Below, piece by piece: positions 1 through 19,577 of a DNA stretch of 64,000 nt. Made by a program: the position numbers and the translations under genes. Each line of letters starts with the position of its first letter. Within the stretch, counting starts at the first letter, position 1. The notes beneath the pieces were generated by a model. It did not search any database. It saw only the letters and a list, made by a program, of their open reading frames with translations, and was not told the DNA's origin. Origin of the DNA: the human T2T-CHM13v2.0 reference genome, Homo sapiens; assembly GCF_009914755.1 (NCBI RefSeq), contig NC_060925.1; one strand, 5' to 3'.

Positions 1-1000
1 ATTTAATTTGGTGGTATTCTGAAGCAGGAGTTTCTAGCTGTCAAGATACTAAATATAACACTGAAATATATCACTTACAAAAACATAAAGAAATGTTACC
101 TCTTTCTATACTTCAATTAGAGGAACACTTTGTTCTCTCATAGCTGTCGTACTATTGAAATAGAAAGGGAATCCACTGTATTTCATTGAAGATGCTAAAA
201 ATATACATGACAACCTTATTTGACTTCACTCAAAATTTTAACAACATTTTCAACACTCAAGCCAAATAAGGGAACATAGAGCCAACTGAAAATGCAATAT
301 GTGAATTGGCATTCAAAGATAAAGTTCTTTTGTTCAGAAAGAACACCCTTCCTGATCACAGATATTGCTGGGGCTCTGTCAACAATGTTCCCAATGTGCC
401 TTTTTCCAGATTATATCATTGCTCTGAAAGTGATTACTAAAAAAAACAAAGAATTATTTTCTATATAGGCTTTCTACTCTAAACAGACTTAAAAAATAAA
501 AATCTAGTACTTCTTTTTATATTTACATTGCACATATGCCAAGAGCTAATTCAGACTCTGTACACAAGTACTTTCATCAAATGGAAAGCACAATCTCTAA
601 TGCAGCCACATATGCAAGTAATTGTTCTGTCACAATGTATGCCATTATACCACTAGCAATATGGAATGCTTAACGGTGGCACATGACAAAGAAATTTTGC
701 CAATAGATCATTCAACGATCGTTCAGAGCATTTTTCCATTCTCTGTGGATGCCTTTAGAAACTTCTTAGGAACAGTATGACTTGTTACCTATCATTGCTG
801 TAAGCAGTGCAACTGTAAAAGATGCCTCTACTCTTTTGATCTCTTCTCTGCATTTAATGACTTATTCTAGAATAATTTCCTTAATTTACTACCATGCTTT
901 GTTGAAAAACAATGCAAAATTTCAGTGGGAACATACTTTGACCATGTTTCATGTCAAATGCACAGAAAACTAGGGACAGATCAATGAAGGATCATTTCAA
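1..1000 (-). mobile_element. Fossil hAT/Charlie-type transposase coding remnant
   Basis: Ordered degenerate minus-strand motifs: FDEST...LLAYV (567-578 and onward), DRAPA (366-380; cf. DGAPAM), TYCIF (about 290-303; cf. THCxxH), VRQL*ENKV (about 125-151; cf. VRWLSRGKV). Many stops and frameshifts. Confidence 0.6.
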
Positions 1001-1743
1001 TAATAATCAGAGCATCTGTTTGTACTTTCCCTTTTCGAATAATTTCAAAGTCATCCCAAATATTTACTTCTTCAAGGACATATGGGTGAACATACAGAAT
1101 TTACTCTGCAATCCAGTATACTGTCCAAGTTGATGAGTTACAGACATCTGTTCTCACTTTCATTATTAATTTTATGTTTCAATAAACCTTTTTGAATGCT
1201 TTTTATTTGTTGGGGAGATAAGAACACAATAGTGACAGCAAACCAAGCAAATGATGTAAATTAATAATGTTACTGAAGAAAAGCCAATGAGAACAGTCCT
1301 TATGGTGTACATATAACCCTTAAATCTCTAATGATGATGTTAAAAACAGTGATTTGGACAGTCAACCACAGGCAGAAATGGTGAATTCCATTATAAGACA
1401 AAACAAACACAGCATATCAAGTATAACAAGACTCCAGATGTGATGGTTTTCAAACCATAGACATGTGAAAAAATTAATCTGTATTTCCTATTTTCACAAT
1501 GTAGTACAATGGACATAAGCTAACAAAAATAATTATAACATAAAACATTTATACAGCTTTTACTAGGTTTCAGGTACTATTCTAAGTACTTTACATATAA
1601 GTCAGAGATGAAATGCCATTTCTCGTTTTAAGATTCTGCCATCACCTAAACTAAATTCAGCCATAAAGATTAAACTCAATATTGTACACACTGTATGTGA
1701 ACAAACATAAATCTGACTAAAAAACTAAGCTGCCAAATTTTCA

Positions 1744-2050
<307 letters not shown>

Positions 2051-2153
2051 CTGTAAGGTAATACTGACCACATTTTAAACATGCTTATCCCTTTGATTCT
2101 ATGATTCCACTTCAGGGAGCTCACTATGTGAATATATTCACAATGGGCCCCTC

Positions 2154-2156
<3 letters not shown>

Positions 2157-2193
<37 letters not shown>
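2157..2193 (+). repeat. Pure A37 homopolymer
   Basis: Direct count. Confidence 0.95.
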
Positions 2194-2194
<1 letters not shown>

Positions 2195-2659
2195 ACTCAA
2201 AAACAAAAAAACTGGAAATATTCTAAATGTCTATATATAAAAAAGGTGAGATTATGTACTTAGTCACTGAGAGAATTTAGAATAATCTTTAGAATGAATC
2301 AAGTCAACATACATCATGGAAAGATGTCCATAATAATATTAAGTGACAAAAGCAAATTGTAGAATTTTTAAGTATAAAAAGACTCTGTCTTAACTTTAAA
2401 AACTATATATATGCACATAGTACACACAACAACCAAGGAAGATAAATGTCTTAAGAAAATATGTAGCAAATTTTAAATTGACTACTTCAGAGACGGTTAT
2501 AAAGAGTGTACAGGATACAACTTATAGGTTTTATTTTATATACTTCTGTATTATGTTTTTACTTTCCAATGTTCAGTAGGATTATTTTATAATAAAAATT
2601 TAATAAAGAAAACCTCTGTCCTCCAGCTTCTCCTGCATGAAATACAAATATGCCAAGCA

Positions 2660-2810
2660 AGCTGGGTGCAGTGGCTCATGCCTGTAATCCCACTTTGGGA
2701 GGCCAAGACTGGAGGATCACTTGACCCCAGGCTGTAGTGAGCTGTAATTGTGCCACTGTACTTCAGCCTGGGCGACAGAGTGAGAACCTGTCTCAAACAA
2801 ACAAACAAAA
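2660..2810 (+). mobile_element. Alu monomer or internally deleted Alu
   Basis: Alu 5' end joined to right-arm end; (caaa)n tail. Confidence 0.85.
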
Positions 2811-2966
2811 TACAAAGCAAACCAGAATATCCAGTAGGAAGTCTGCTATTTTATAGAGTTCTAAATAATTTTTGATAATAAAAATTAAATCAACAGCATT
2901 AGCAGAAATCTAGCACAAAGAAAACACTGTGCTGTGGGCTATGTGCGTAAATAAGGCCTAAGATAG

Positions 2967-3296
<330 letters not shown>

Positions 3297-3834
3297 TAAT
3301 CTTTAAGAAATTTATTATTAAATCAATAAAGAGATATAGATGTAAGAAGCACTTACTCAGCCACAGTGTATAATCCTTTGCAGTCATTAAAAAAGATACA
3401 GAAGAACATTTAATGACATGGAATGAGTAATACAGAGAATGCTGAAATAATCCCACATATATGCAGAATGTATTAGAAACATTTCAAATTAATAGAAAAA
3501 TACCAAAATTAATAAATTGTGTTGAGAAAACTAAATAATCATTTAGAAGAAAGGTGGTTAACCATCCTCAACTCATTATACCAAAAGAAATTCCAGATTG
3601 ATTACAATGTTGGAATGTAAAATTTGAAATTGTAAAGGGGCTAGATGCAAATCTATCTCTATCATCTTAGAGCTGGTAAAGACTTAAAATCTTAAAATCT
3701 GAATAAGACTACATAGCTATACCAATAAGTTTTAAAATAGGCTATTCCTATTAATTTATACAAGTTCTTAATTTTGCTTTAAAATTTCTCTTTATAAACT
3801 TCTCTTTATGCATATATAAGTGTGTTTATTCATT

Positions 3835-4135
3835 TTTCTTCTTTTTTCCTTGGAGACAGGGTCTCGCTCTGTCACCTACGCTAAAGTGCAGTGCTACCAA
3901 CACAGCTCACTGCAGCCTCAGCCTCTTGGGCTTAAGCCATCTTCCTGCCTCAGCCTCCAAGTAGCTAGGACTATAGGCACATACCACAATGCCTGACTAA
4001 TTTTTGAATTTTTCGTGGAGATAGGGTCTTGCCAATGTTGCCCAGTCTGGTCTCAAATTCCTGGCTTCTAGCAATCCTCCTGCCTCAGCCTCCCAAAGTG
4101 TTGGGATTATAGGGGTGAGCCACCACATCCAGCCC
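3835..4135 (-). mobile_element. Alu (AluJ-like)
   Basis: Diverged antisense Alu. Confidence 0.9.
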
Positions 4136-4240
4136 CGTTCATTCTCATTAGTAGATATTATAGGGTACAAATTAATTGAGAGAAACTCGTTCACCTAACA
4201 AATGTTTGACACTTAAATCTGGCCAGAGAAACAAAAATAG

Positions 4241-4605
<365 letters not shown>

Positions 4606-4614
4606 TGAAAACTG

Positions 4615-5345
4615 TCTTCTTAAGTGCTACACAACCAATGCAAATAGAACTTTCTGGGATAATTATAAATGTTCCATATTTACTCTCTCTAAAATGGTAG
4701 CTATTAGCCACATGTGGCTACTGAACACTTGAAATGTGACTGATGAAACTGAAAAAATAAATGTTTATTTAAATGAATTTTATTCAATTTAAATTTTGTG
4801 GTAGAAAACATGTAACAAGGCCTGGCACGATGGCTCACACCTGTAATCCCAGCACTTTGGAAAGTTAAGGCAGGCGGATCACGAGGTCTAGGAGTTCGAG
4901 ACCAGCCTGGCCAATATACAAAAATTAGCCAGGCATGGTGGCTTGCGCCCATAGTCCCTGCTACTCGGGAGGCTGAGGCAGAAGAATCAGTTGAACCCAG
5001 GAGGCGAAGGTTGCAGTAAGCTGAGATAGTGCCACTGCACTCCAGTCTGGGTGACAGAGCAAGACTCTGTCTCAAAAAAAAAAAAAAAAAAGAAAAAGAA
5101 AAAGAAAGAAAAAGAAAAGAAAAAAGAAAACATGTAACAAAATTTACTATCTTAACCACTAAGTATACAGTACTGTTAACTATATGCACATAGTACAACA
5201 GATGTCTAGAACTTTTTCTTCTTGCAAAAAACAAACTCTATAACCACTGATTTCCATTTAAATTGTATTTATATACATTTTAATCCTTAGAATGTAAATA
5301 GCCACATACATAGCCCATGGCTAACATACTGCACAACACAGGTAT
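4615..5345. mobile_element. MER3/MER33-like DNA transposon split by an Alu and an L1 fragment
   Basis: atagaactttctggg...ggtagctattagccacatgtggctactgaacacttgaaatgtgact...atagccacata...tggcta.catactg. Confidence 0.65.
4819..5123 (+). mobile_element. Alu with a small internal deletion
   Basis: TSD agaaaacatgtaacaa on both sides. Confidence 0.95.
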
Positions 5346-5569
5346 AGCAAACTGTTAATTCCCATGTTTTGCTTTTATGAGTTCTATATTTTATATCACT
5401 CTAAACTTCTGCAACTCTACTTTCATAGAAGTACAATAATATCCAACAAACAAGACCACAATATAAAACGCTGGAGACAGTGACAGAGACCTATCACTGA
5501 ATTTCCTACACAGTCTTAAGCATAGCACTTGTTTTCCTCAGCTAATAAAGACTGAAGCTTTAAGCTACT

Positions 5570-6732
5570 GATTATCACAGTGTGGTCCACAGAGTCCTGG
5601 GCATCTCTGTAATGCTATTAAAGCAGGTGTGGGAGGTGAAATATTTTCGTAAAATAAATACTAAGATGTCACAGGCCTGTGCTGATATTTTCAACAATGA
5701 TAGAAAAGCAAGGTGGATGTAGCTACTAGTAAATCTTAAATATATACTCAGGAAATCTGAGATTTCACTAAGTAAATCTTACATATACTTAGTGAAAACC
5801 AAGGCAATGATAGTCATTGTATTCTTCATCCCTAAGCCTTCACGACAAATTAAACTTTTTTAAAAAAAAAAAAAAAGGAAAGAAAAAAAAAAGCCAGTTC
5901 TTAAGAATGTCACTTCTTTATTTAACTTTTCAATTTTTCTTATTCTACAGGTAATTGACAAAAGAATGTCACTTCTGTAACAGAATGTATCACTTTTTAA
6001 GTTGAAATAATTATAGATTTACACGGAATTTGAGAAATAAAACAGAGCTCCCATATACTCTTCATCTAGTTTCCCTAATGGTAATATCTAACTACAGTAC
6101 AGTACAACAGCCAGAAAAACCACATCGATACAATCCATCAACCTTATTCAGATTTCCTGAGTTTCACTACAGATGCATGCACATCTGTGTGTATATTTAG
6201 TTCTATGCAATTTTATCACATGTATAAATTCATATAACCACCATTACAGTCAAAATACAAAATATTCCTTGACAAGGATCTGTGGTATTACCCTACCCTA
6301 CCTACCCTATTAATAGCCACAAATATCTTCCTTCTTGCCTCACTCCTCTCCCTTGACAACCACAAATTTATCCTCCATCTCTATAATTTGGTCATTTAAA
6401 GAATGTTATATAAATAAAACAGTAAACTAACAAAATTTAGCATGTCTTTTTAGTATACTGTATTGATCAAGTGAGAAGACATAAAACAGTTCAGAGGTAA
6501 ATTAGTAGTACTAAGGAAAAGCACTTGTAACACCATTAGAGTTATAAACTGAACTAGCCACTTTTTCTTGCAATGCCATTTTACTTGAAAGAAGGATAAA
6601 CTATGCTTATACACATGGGTATGTGGCAGACATTTTTATTAGTAGATACAATGCACATAGGATTGAGAAGCCCAAAGAGTTCTATTTAAGAGTATAAAGG
6701 GATCCTGAAGTATAAAAGTTTGAGAACACTGG
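5570..6732. mobile_element. Charlie1-like hAT DNA transposon remnant, interrupted by an L1M fragment (about 5995-6420, minus)
   Basis: cacagtgtggtccacag at the start; gaactagccactttttt...ccattttacttgaaagaa...ggcagacatttt internally; aaaagtttgagaacactg at the end. Confidence 0.65.
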
Positions 6733-7134
6733 CCTATATTGATATTAGAACTAAAAGTTTTCCTCCTTTACCTCTTGCTATTTAATTATTAAACATTTAC
6801 ATTATCCATCCTTAAGTTTTTGTCTTAAAAAAAAATCCAACATTCTCATTCCTAAGGGTTTCGGGACAGTCGTTTACTATTCCATATTTCCACAGGTATG
6901 GCACATTATTTTATTGTGACCCTAAAATGGTTTTCCATTCACATTGCTTAGAGGCACCTGCAACCTCATGAGAAATTTTTTCCCCAAGTCTGTATAATTA
7001 GTGCACATTTCAAATCCCACTGCAATAAAATGCTTGAAATAAGAGAAGTAGCAAAAATTCTATTGATGCATATCTGCTTCATAAAGCAGGACACTTTTTG
7101 CTTCAAAAACATGTGTATCTGCTTCAAAAACACA

Positions 7135-8893
<1,759 letters not shown>

Positions 8894-8964
8894 TCAAGGA
8901 TGTTGTGATTGTGGTTGTCTGGCCCAGTTCAAAAGTTAAAGACAAGTTCCTGGGGTATTTGGTT

Positions 8965-9279
8965 TTTATTTCTTTTTAACTCTTATTTTAGGTTCAGGAG
9001 TGCATGTGCAGCTTTGTTAAACAGGTAAATTGTGTGTCACAGGGGTTGCGTGTGTACAGATATTTTGTCACTTGGGTAATAAGCACAGTATCTGGTAGGC
9101 AATTTTTTGATTCTCACCCTCCTCCCACCATCCATCGTCAAGTAGGCCCCAAGGTCTGTTGTTCCTTTCTTTGCATCCATGTGTACTCAGTGTTTAGCTC
9201 CCACTTGTAAGTGACAAGATGCAGTATTTCGTTTTCAGTTCCTGTGTTAGTTCAGTTAGGATAATGGCTTTCAGCTCCA
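8965..9279 (-). mobile_element. L1PA15/16-like 3' end
   Basis: tattttaggttcagg...catgtgcag.tttgtta..caggtaaa...tagctcccacttgtaagtga...aggataatggc.ttcagctcca. Confidence 0.85.
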
Positions 9280-9289
9280 GACAAACACC

Positions 9290-11036
<1,747 letters not shown>

Positions 11037-11060
11037 CAGACTCTTAAAAAAGATACTTGT

Positions 11061-11655
<595 letters not shown>

Positions 11656-12003
11656 AATATTTCCACACCCATGTTCATATCAGCATTATTCACAATAGCT
11701 AAAAAGGTAGGAGCAGCCCAAGTGTTCACTGACAGATGAATGGACAAGCAAAATGTGGCACATACATACAAAAAAATATTATTCATCCTTTAAAAAGAAG
11801 CGAGTTCTCACACATTACAACATGGATGAGCTTTGAGGACATTATTCTAAATGAAATAAGCCAGTCACAAGAAAACAAATACTGTTTGATTCCACTTCTA
11901 TGAGGTACCGACACCATGGCAAATCACAGAGAAAGAAAATAAAATTGTGGTTGGCAAGGGATGGGGAGAGGAGATAATGGGGAGTTAGAAGTTTAGTGTC
12001 CTT

Positions 12004-12526
<523 letters not shown>

Positions 12527-12591
12527 TATTTAATGGACAAAAAGTTTCAGTTTTGCAAGATGAAAAGAGGTATGAAGATACACAGTGTTGA

Positions 12592-12902
<311 letters not shown>

Positions 12903-12956
12903 CAAATGTAAATGTTCTTAATGCCACGGAACTATAAACTTAAAAATGGTTAAGGT

Positions 12957-13234
<278 letters not shown>

Positions 13235-13243
13235 TTAAGGTGG

Positions 13244-13645
13244 TACTATGGTTGAATACTGACCCCTCCAAATCTCATATTGAAATGTGACCCCCAATGT
13301 TGGAGCTGGAGTCTAATGGGAAGTGTTTGGATTAAGGGAGTTGATCTCTCATGAATGAGTTGCTGCCATCCTTGCTGGAGTGAGTTCTCACTTAGTTCCC
13401 TTAAGAACTGGTTATTTAGAAGAGCCTGTCACCTGGTTCTCTCATCATGTGATCTCTGAACACACCTCCCCCTCACCTTTTGCCATGAGTAGAAGCTTCC
13501 TGAGGCCCTTATCTGAAGCAGGTGTTGGTCTGGCAATATGCTTCTTGTATAGCCTACAGAACCATGAGACTAATAAAGCTCTTTTTTTTTTTTTACCCCC
13601 AAATAATCCAGACTTAGGTATTCCTTTATAGCAAATGATCTCAGA
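13244..13645 (+). mobile_element. MST-family (MaLR) LTR
   Basis: ctatggttgaat...ccaaatctcatattgaaatgtgacccccaatgttggag...taataaa...ggtattcctttatagcaa. Inserted in an old L1 3' UTR. Confidence 0.8.
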
Positions 13646-13686
13646 AAGATGGTAAATTTTGTGTATTTTACCACAACTGAAAAAAA

Positions 13687-13845
13687 GTTTTTTTAAGAGA
13701 ACAGGTCTCACTCTGTTGCCCAGGGTGGAGTACAGTGGCACAATCATAGCTCACTGCAGCCTAGAACTCCTGGGTTTAAGTGATCTTCCCCTGCCTCAGC
13801 CTCACAAGTAGCTGGGACTAGAGGCACGAGTCACCACATCCAGAT
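13687..13845 (-). mobile_element. Alu right-arm monomer
   Basis: Antisense half Alu. Confidence 0.85.
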
Positions 13846-14285
13846 AAAAACACTTTTAAAGTAGTCAAAACAACAATATTACTCTAGCACAAAAGCTTGA
13901 TATCAAACAAGTTTGTTTCAAGAGCACTTATTCAATTTCACTAATTGGTTGTCAGACGAATACATATTTGCACGTATATTTGTAAATGCTTGCTTGTTTC
14001 TTGTTGAATTGTAAACAATACTTGACAAAGTAGAGCTGTTTAAACAATGAAAACTTGATATGGTAGTATATTCCACATGAAACTCATAAATGGTAGACAG
14101 CTATATAAAACCATCCAACACAGATCTTAAAATCAACATTTAATAGTCTGCACAAAACATGATGCCTTTTTTATGTTTCAGTGAATGAAAAATAAAAATT
14201 TTTATCTTTTATTATCGAGGGAGAGTAAGAAAGTCCCAAACAGAATACATATTTTCTCATCTCATAGAGCAAGAGAAGTTATTTA

Positions 14286-14591
<306 letters not shown>

Positions 14592-14864
14592 CTATAAATA
14601 ATTAAATAAAACAAGAAAATAATTCCTCTACTACAGGAAAACATTGGCTCTTCATGTCAATGAGGGTTCTGTTACTATTGCAACTGCCAATCTGAAAGGA
14701 ATTGAGGAACCACTTTTTCCTTCTTCAAATCTAACATCATCCCATGTGGAATAGTTGCGTCCACTTAACAACATTTTCTTACTTATTCTTTGCAACGTGC
14801 CAAAACACTATGCTGAACTCAGGCTTTGAGGCCCAGACAACCATCAGAAATGACCAATTTGCGG

Positions 14865-15180
<316 letters not shown>

Positions 15181-15649
15181 GAAGAATACCATTTATCTGT
15201 TGGGATAAGGGCAGGTATGGGACCATGTATAGCCAGCGCGATTACTGGAATACATTTCAAACGATGTCCAAGTCAGGTCCTATTTACATGCAGTGAATCA
15301 GAAGATACATACTTTAATTTTCCATTCTAGGTTAATACAGAATATCTAATAACTATACCAACTAAAACATTTTAAAATATAAATCCCATTAAATATTCAA
15401 ACAATGGTATAATATTGTAAATAAAAACAAGTCCTGTGATTTTTACTGAAACATGGAGTGAAATAAAAGAGTGTAAGCTTAATGCAGAAACTTTTAAAAT
15501 CAATTATAGAAAGGGTACGTATTTCCTACTTTATATATAGCATCAACCACTGGGTAGTTCTACTGACTATTAGATTGATCACACATTCCCACTACATAAA
15601 GCATTATTGTAAAAAGAATGCTGGCATTTATTTCTTATTTATGTATTTA

Positions 15650-15941
15650 TTTTAATTTTGAGACAGAGTCTCCCTCTATCAGCCAGGCTGGAGTGCAGTG
15701 GTGAGACCTTTGTTCACGGCAACCTTCACCTCTCAGGTTCAAGCCATCCTCATACTTCAGCCTCCCGAATACCTGGGACTATGGGTATGCACCACCACCC
15801 CCAGTTAATTTTTGAATTTTTAGTAGACACAGTGTTTTGCCATGTTGGCCAGATTGGTCTCAAACTCCTGGCCTCAAGTGATCCGCCCACCTCAGCCCCC
15901 CAAAGTGCTGGGATTATAGTCATAAACCACTGTGCCCAGCC
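15650..15941 (-). mobile_element. Alu
   Basis: Antisense Alu. Confidence 0.93.
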
Positions 15942-16103
15942 TATTTCTTCTTAGTGACTCTAGCTTCCCTTTCCCTTTTGAAATAATCTCTGATTAAAGT
16001 TTATATGCTACAAATGCTGCACCTCTGAGAGCAAGAATACTCAAATGTCAAAAAGAATAAACCATAACAACTCACAATTTCTCAGACAATGAGCAGATTA
16101 TGA

Positions 16104-16546
<443 letters not shown>

Positions 16547-17074
16547 TAGGCACAAACCTTCAGTACAAGATGAATAAATCAAGAAAATCAAAGTAAAACT
16601 ATTGCTACTATAATTTAATATTAACATAAAATCCAGCAAATACGTAAATTTCTATTTCAAAACAACATTTGCTATAGCCTCACAAAAAGGTTCCTATATG
16701 AAAATTTTGGTGCAAAAATACCTCAACGATGGCACTAAGCACCGAAAATGCATATCTGTCCAAAGTATAATCTAAAATGGTACAGAATTATTTTATGGAT
16801 AATTTAAAGGCTATCTTCTTTTGCTACCTTTCATTTAAATACCAAAGATTGCACCTTAACAATGTAAGAAATGAAATAGTACTGGCTGACTATATATCCA
16901 GTTATTTATAAGGGAAAGCACTCAATGATGGGTGTCCATTATGATTTTTCTATCTGATTATGCTAAATGTAGTACAAAAACCCCACAAGTTATTTTTAGG
17001 TCATCACTGAGTTGGTTAAATAAACATTATGTCTGCCTGTGTAATGTGACTCCCGTAGTACTTACTCTGTCGAG

Positions 17075-17200
17075 AATAAACAGACATCATGCACACTGAA
17101 TCATATGAGACAGGTTCAGAAAACAGCTGAGTCACCGACCATTAGCCCTTTACTTCCTGTTCACAGTAACACAGTGGAAATTTCTACCTCACCACAACAT
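17075..17200. promoter_or_regulatory. Candidate intronic enhancer (AP-1/ARE, ETS, NF-kB/NFAT-like, RUNX, forkhead motif cluster)
   Basis: taaaca, tgaatca, GCTGAGTCAC (17126-17135), ACTTCCTGT (17152-17160), ggaaatttc and accaca within about 125 bp of non-repeat DNA. Confidence 0.45.
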
Positions 17201-17875
17201 CAGGCTTCTTTTCCCATTCCCACTAATAAGTTATACTTTCCCTCAATAACACCAACCAGTTTGTGTTAAAGCTCAATTTAGACATCACATAGTTCTATTA
17301 TGTTCTAATATTCCCAACCCACACACCAAGTTCCTGACAATACAAAAACAAAGACAAGTAACATTAGGAGGTTAATTAGGTTGGCATGCGTCATCACAAT
17401 TAAGCTAGGTCTATTTGGAAAAAACCAAGTCTCTCCAGTTGACCTACAGGTGGAAGTATTACAGTATCACCTCACTGTCCATGTAGCTTGTACTTTTTTG
17501 ATATGGCCAACAGATCCCCTAGGTTTTCTTTCTAAAGCTTCCCTGAATTACATGGTAAATGTTCTTTTACTATGAATAACAAGCTTTAAAGCAAAATCAC
17601 TTTCAGTTTTCTTTCCTTCGAGGATGCTAATTAGTAGTACCCTCAGTTAAAAACATTAGGCACGCAAAAACTTTTACTCACATTAGAATGAAAAAAACTC
17701 TCAAACTATACTTGACTTCAGATGTAGCAATCTAACAAGTTTGTGAGTTTTTCTTTTTTGTTTGCAGTAGCAATTCTAAGTCATGGAAATCAAGTTGAAA
17801 AAGACACGATTCCTATGCACAGGGATTTACAATTTACCTAACAACAGTAAAAATGACATAGAAAGTGGTGTAAGG

Positions 17876-19577
17876 GCTCTCCCTCTCCCTCCCCCTCCCC
17901 TCCCCCTCCCCCCCTCCCCCTCCCTCTCCCTCTCCCTCTCCCCACGGTCTCCCTCTCTTTCCACGTCTCCCTCTCATGCGGAGCCAAAGCTGGACTGTAC
18001 TGCTGCCATCTCGGCTCACTGCAACCTCCCTGCCTGATTCTCCTGCCTCAGCCTGCCGAGTGCCTGCGATTGCAGGCACGCGCCGCCATGCCTGACTGGT
18101 TTTGGTGGAGACAGGGTTTCGCTGTGTTGGCCGGGCCAGTCTCCAGCCCCTAACCGCGAGTGATCCGCCAGCCTTGGCCTCCCGAGGTGCCGGGATGGCA
18201 GACGGAGTCTTGTTCACTCAGTGCTCAATGGTGCCCAGGCTGGAGTGCAGTGGCGTGATCTCGGCTCGCTACAACCTACACCTCCCAGCCGTCTGCCTTG
18301 GCCTCCCAAAGTGCCGAGATTGCAGCCTCTGCCCAGCCGCCACCCCGTCTGGGAAGTGAGGAGTGTCTCTGCCTGGCCGCCCATCGTCTGGGATGTGAGG
18401 AGCCCCTCTGCCTGGCTGCCCAGTCTGGAAAGTGAGGAGCGTCTCCGCCCGGCCGCCATCCCATCTAGGAAGTGAGGAGCGCCTCTTCCCGGCCGCCATC
18501 ACATCTACGAAGTGAGGAGCGTCTCTGCCCGGCCGCCCATCGTCTGAGATGTGGGGAGCGCCTCTGCCCCGCCGCCCCATCTGGGATGTGAGGAGCGCCT
18601 CTGCCCGGCCACGACCCCATCTGGGAGGTGAGGAGCGTCTCTGCCCGGCCGCCCAGTCTGAGAAGTGAGGAGACCCTCTGCCTGGCAACCACCCCGTCTG
18701 AGAAGTGAGGAGACCCTCCGCCCGGCAGCTGCCCCGTCTGAGAAGTGAGGAGCCTCTCCGCCCAGCAGCCACCCCATCTGGGAAGTGAGGAGCGTCTCCG
18801 CCCGGCAGTCACCCCGTCCGGGAGGGAGGTGGGGGGGGGTCAGCCCCCCGCCCGGCCAGCCGCCCCATCCGGGAGGGAGGTGGGGGTTCAGCCCCCCGCC
18901 CGGCCAGCCGCCCCGTCCGGGAGGTGAGGGGCGCCTCTGCCCGGCCGCCCCTACTGGGAAGTGAAGAGCCCCTCTGCCCGGCCAGCCGCCCCGACCGTGA
19001 GGGAGGTGGGGGGGTCAGCCCCCTGCCCAGCCAGCCACCCCGTCTGGGAGGTGTGCCCAACAGCTCATTGAGAATGGGCCAGGATGACAATGGCGGCTTT
19101 GTGGAATAGAAAGGGGGGAAAGGTGGGGAAAAGATTGAGAAATCGGATGGTTGCCGTGTCTGTGTAGAAAGAAGTAGACATGGGAGACTTTTCATTTTGT
19201 TCTGCACTAAGAAAAATTCTTCTCCCTTGGGATCCTGTTGATCTGTGACCTTACCCCCAACCCTGTGCTCTCTGAAACATGTGCTGTGTCCACTCAGGGT
19301 TAAATGGATTAAGGGCGGTGCAAGATGTGCTTTGTTAAACAGATGCCTGAAGGCAGCATGCTCGTTAAGAGTCATCACCAATCCCTAATCTCAAGTAATC
19401 AGGGACACAAACACTGCAGAAGGCCGCAGGGTCCTCTGCCTAGGAAAACCAGAGACCTTTGTTCACTTGTTTATCTGCTGACCTTCCCTCCACTATTGTC
19501 CCATGACCCTGCCAAATCCCCCTCTGTGAGAAACACCCAATAATTATCAATAAAAAAATAAATTTAAAAAAAAAAAA
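17876..19577 (+). mobile_element. Full-length SVA retrotransposon, young (SVA_E/F-like)
   Basis: (CCCTCT)n hexamer, Alu-like domain, GC-rich VNTR, SINE-R, AATAAA and A-tail. 16-bp TSD agaaagtggtgtaagg at 17860-17875 and 19578-19593. Young-subfamily-like variants (gactggttttggtggag, caagtaatcaggg, ccatgaccc) judged from memory. Confidence 0.97.

Noticed and set aside
4704-5234. Alu-derived ORFs throughout the window (LECSG, PASASQ, WDYR motifs)
   Set aside because: Standard Alu translation artefacts.
17783-19543. ORFs of up to 190 aa in the first SVA (and equivalents at 47328-49274)
   Set aside because: Translations of SVA Alu-like, VNTR and SINE-R sequence; near-identical peptides recur in both SVAs.
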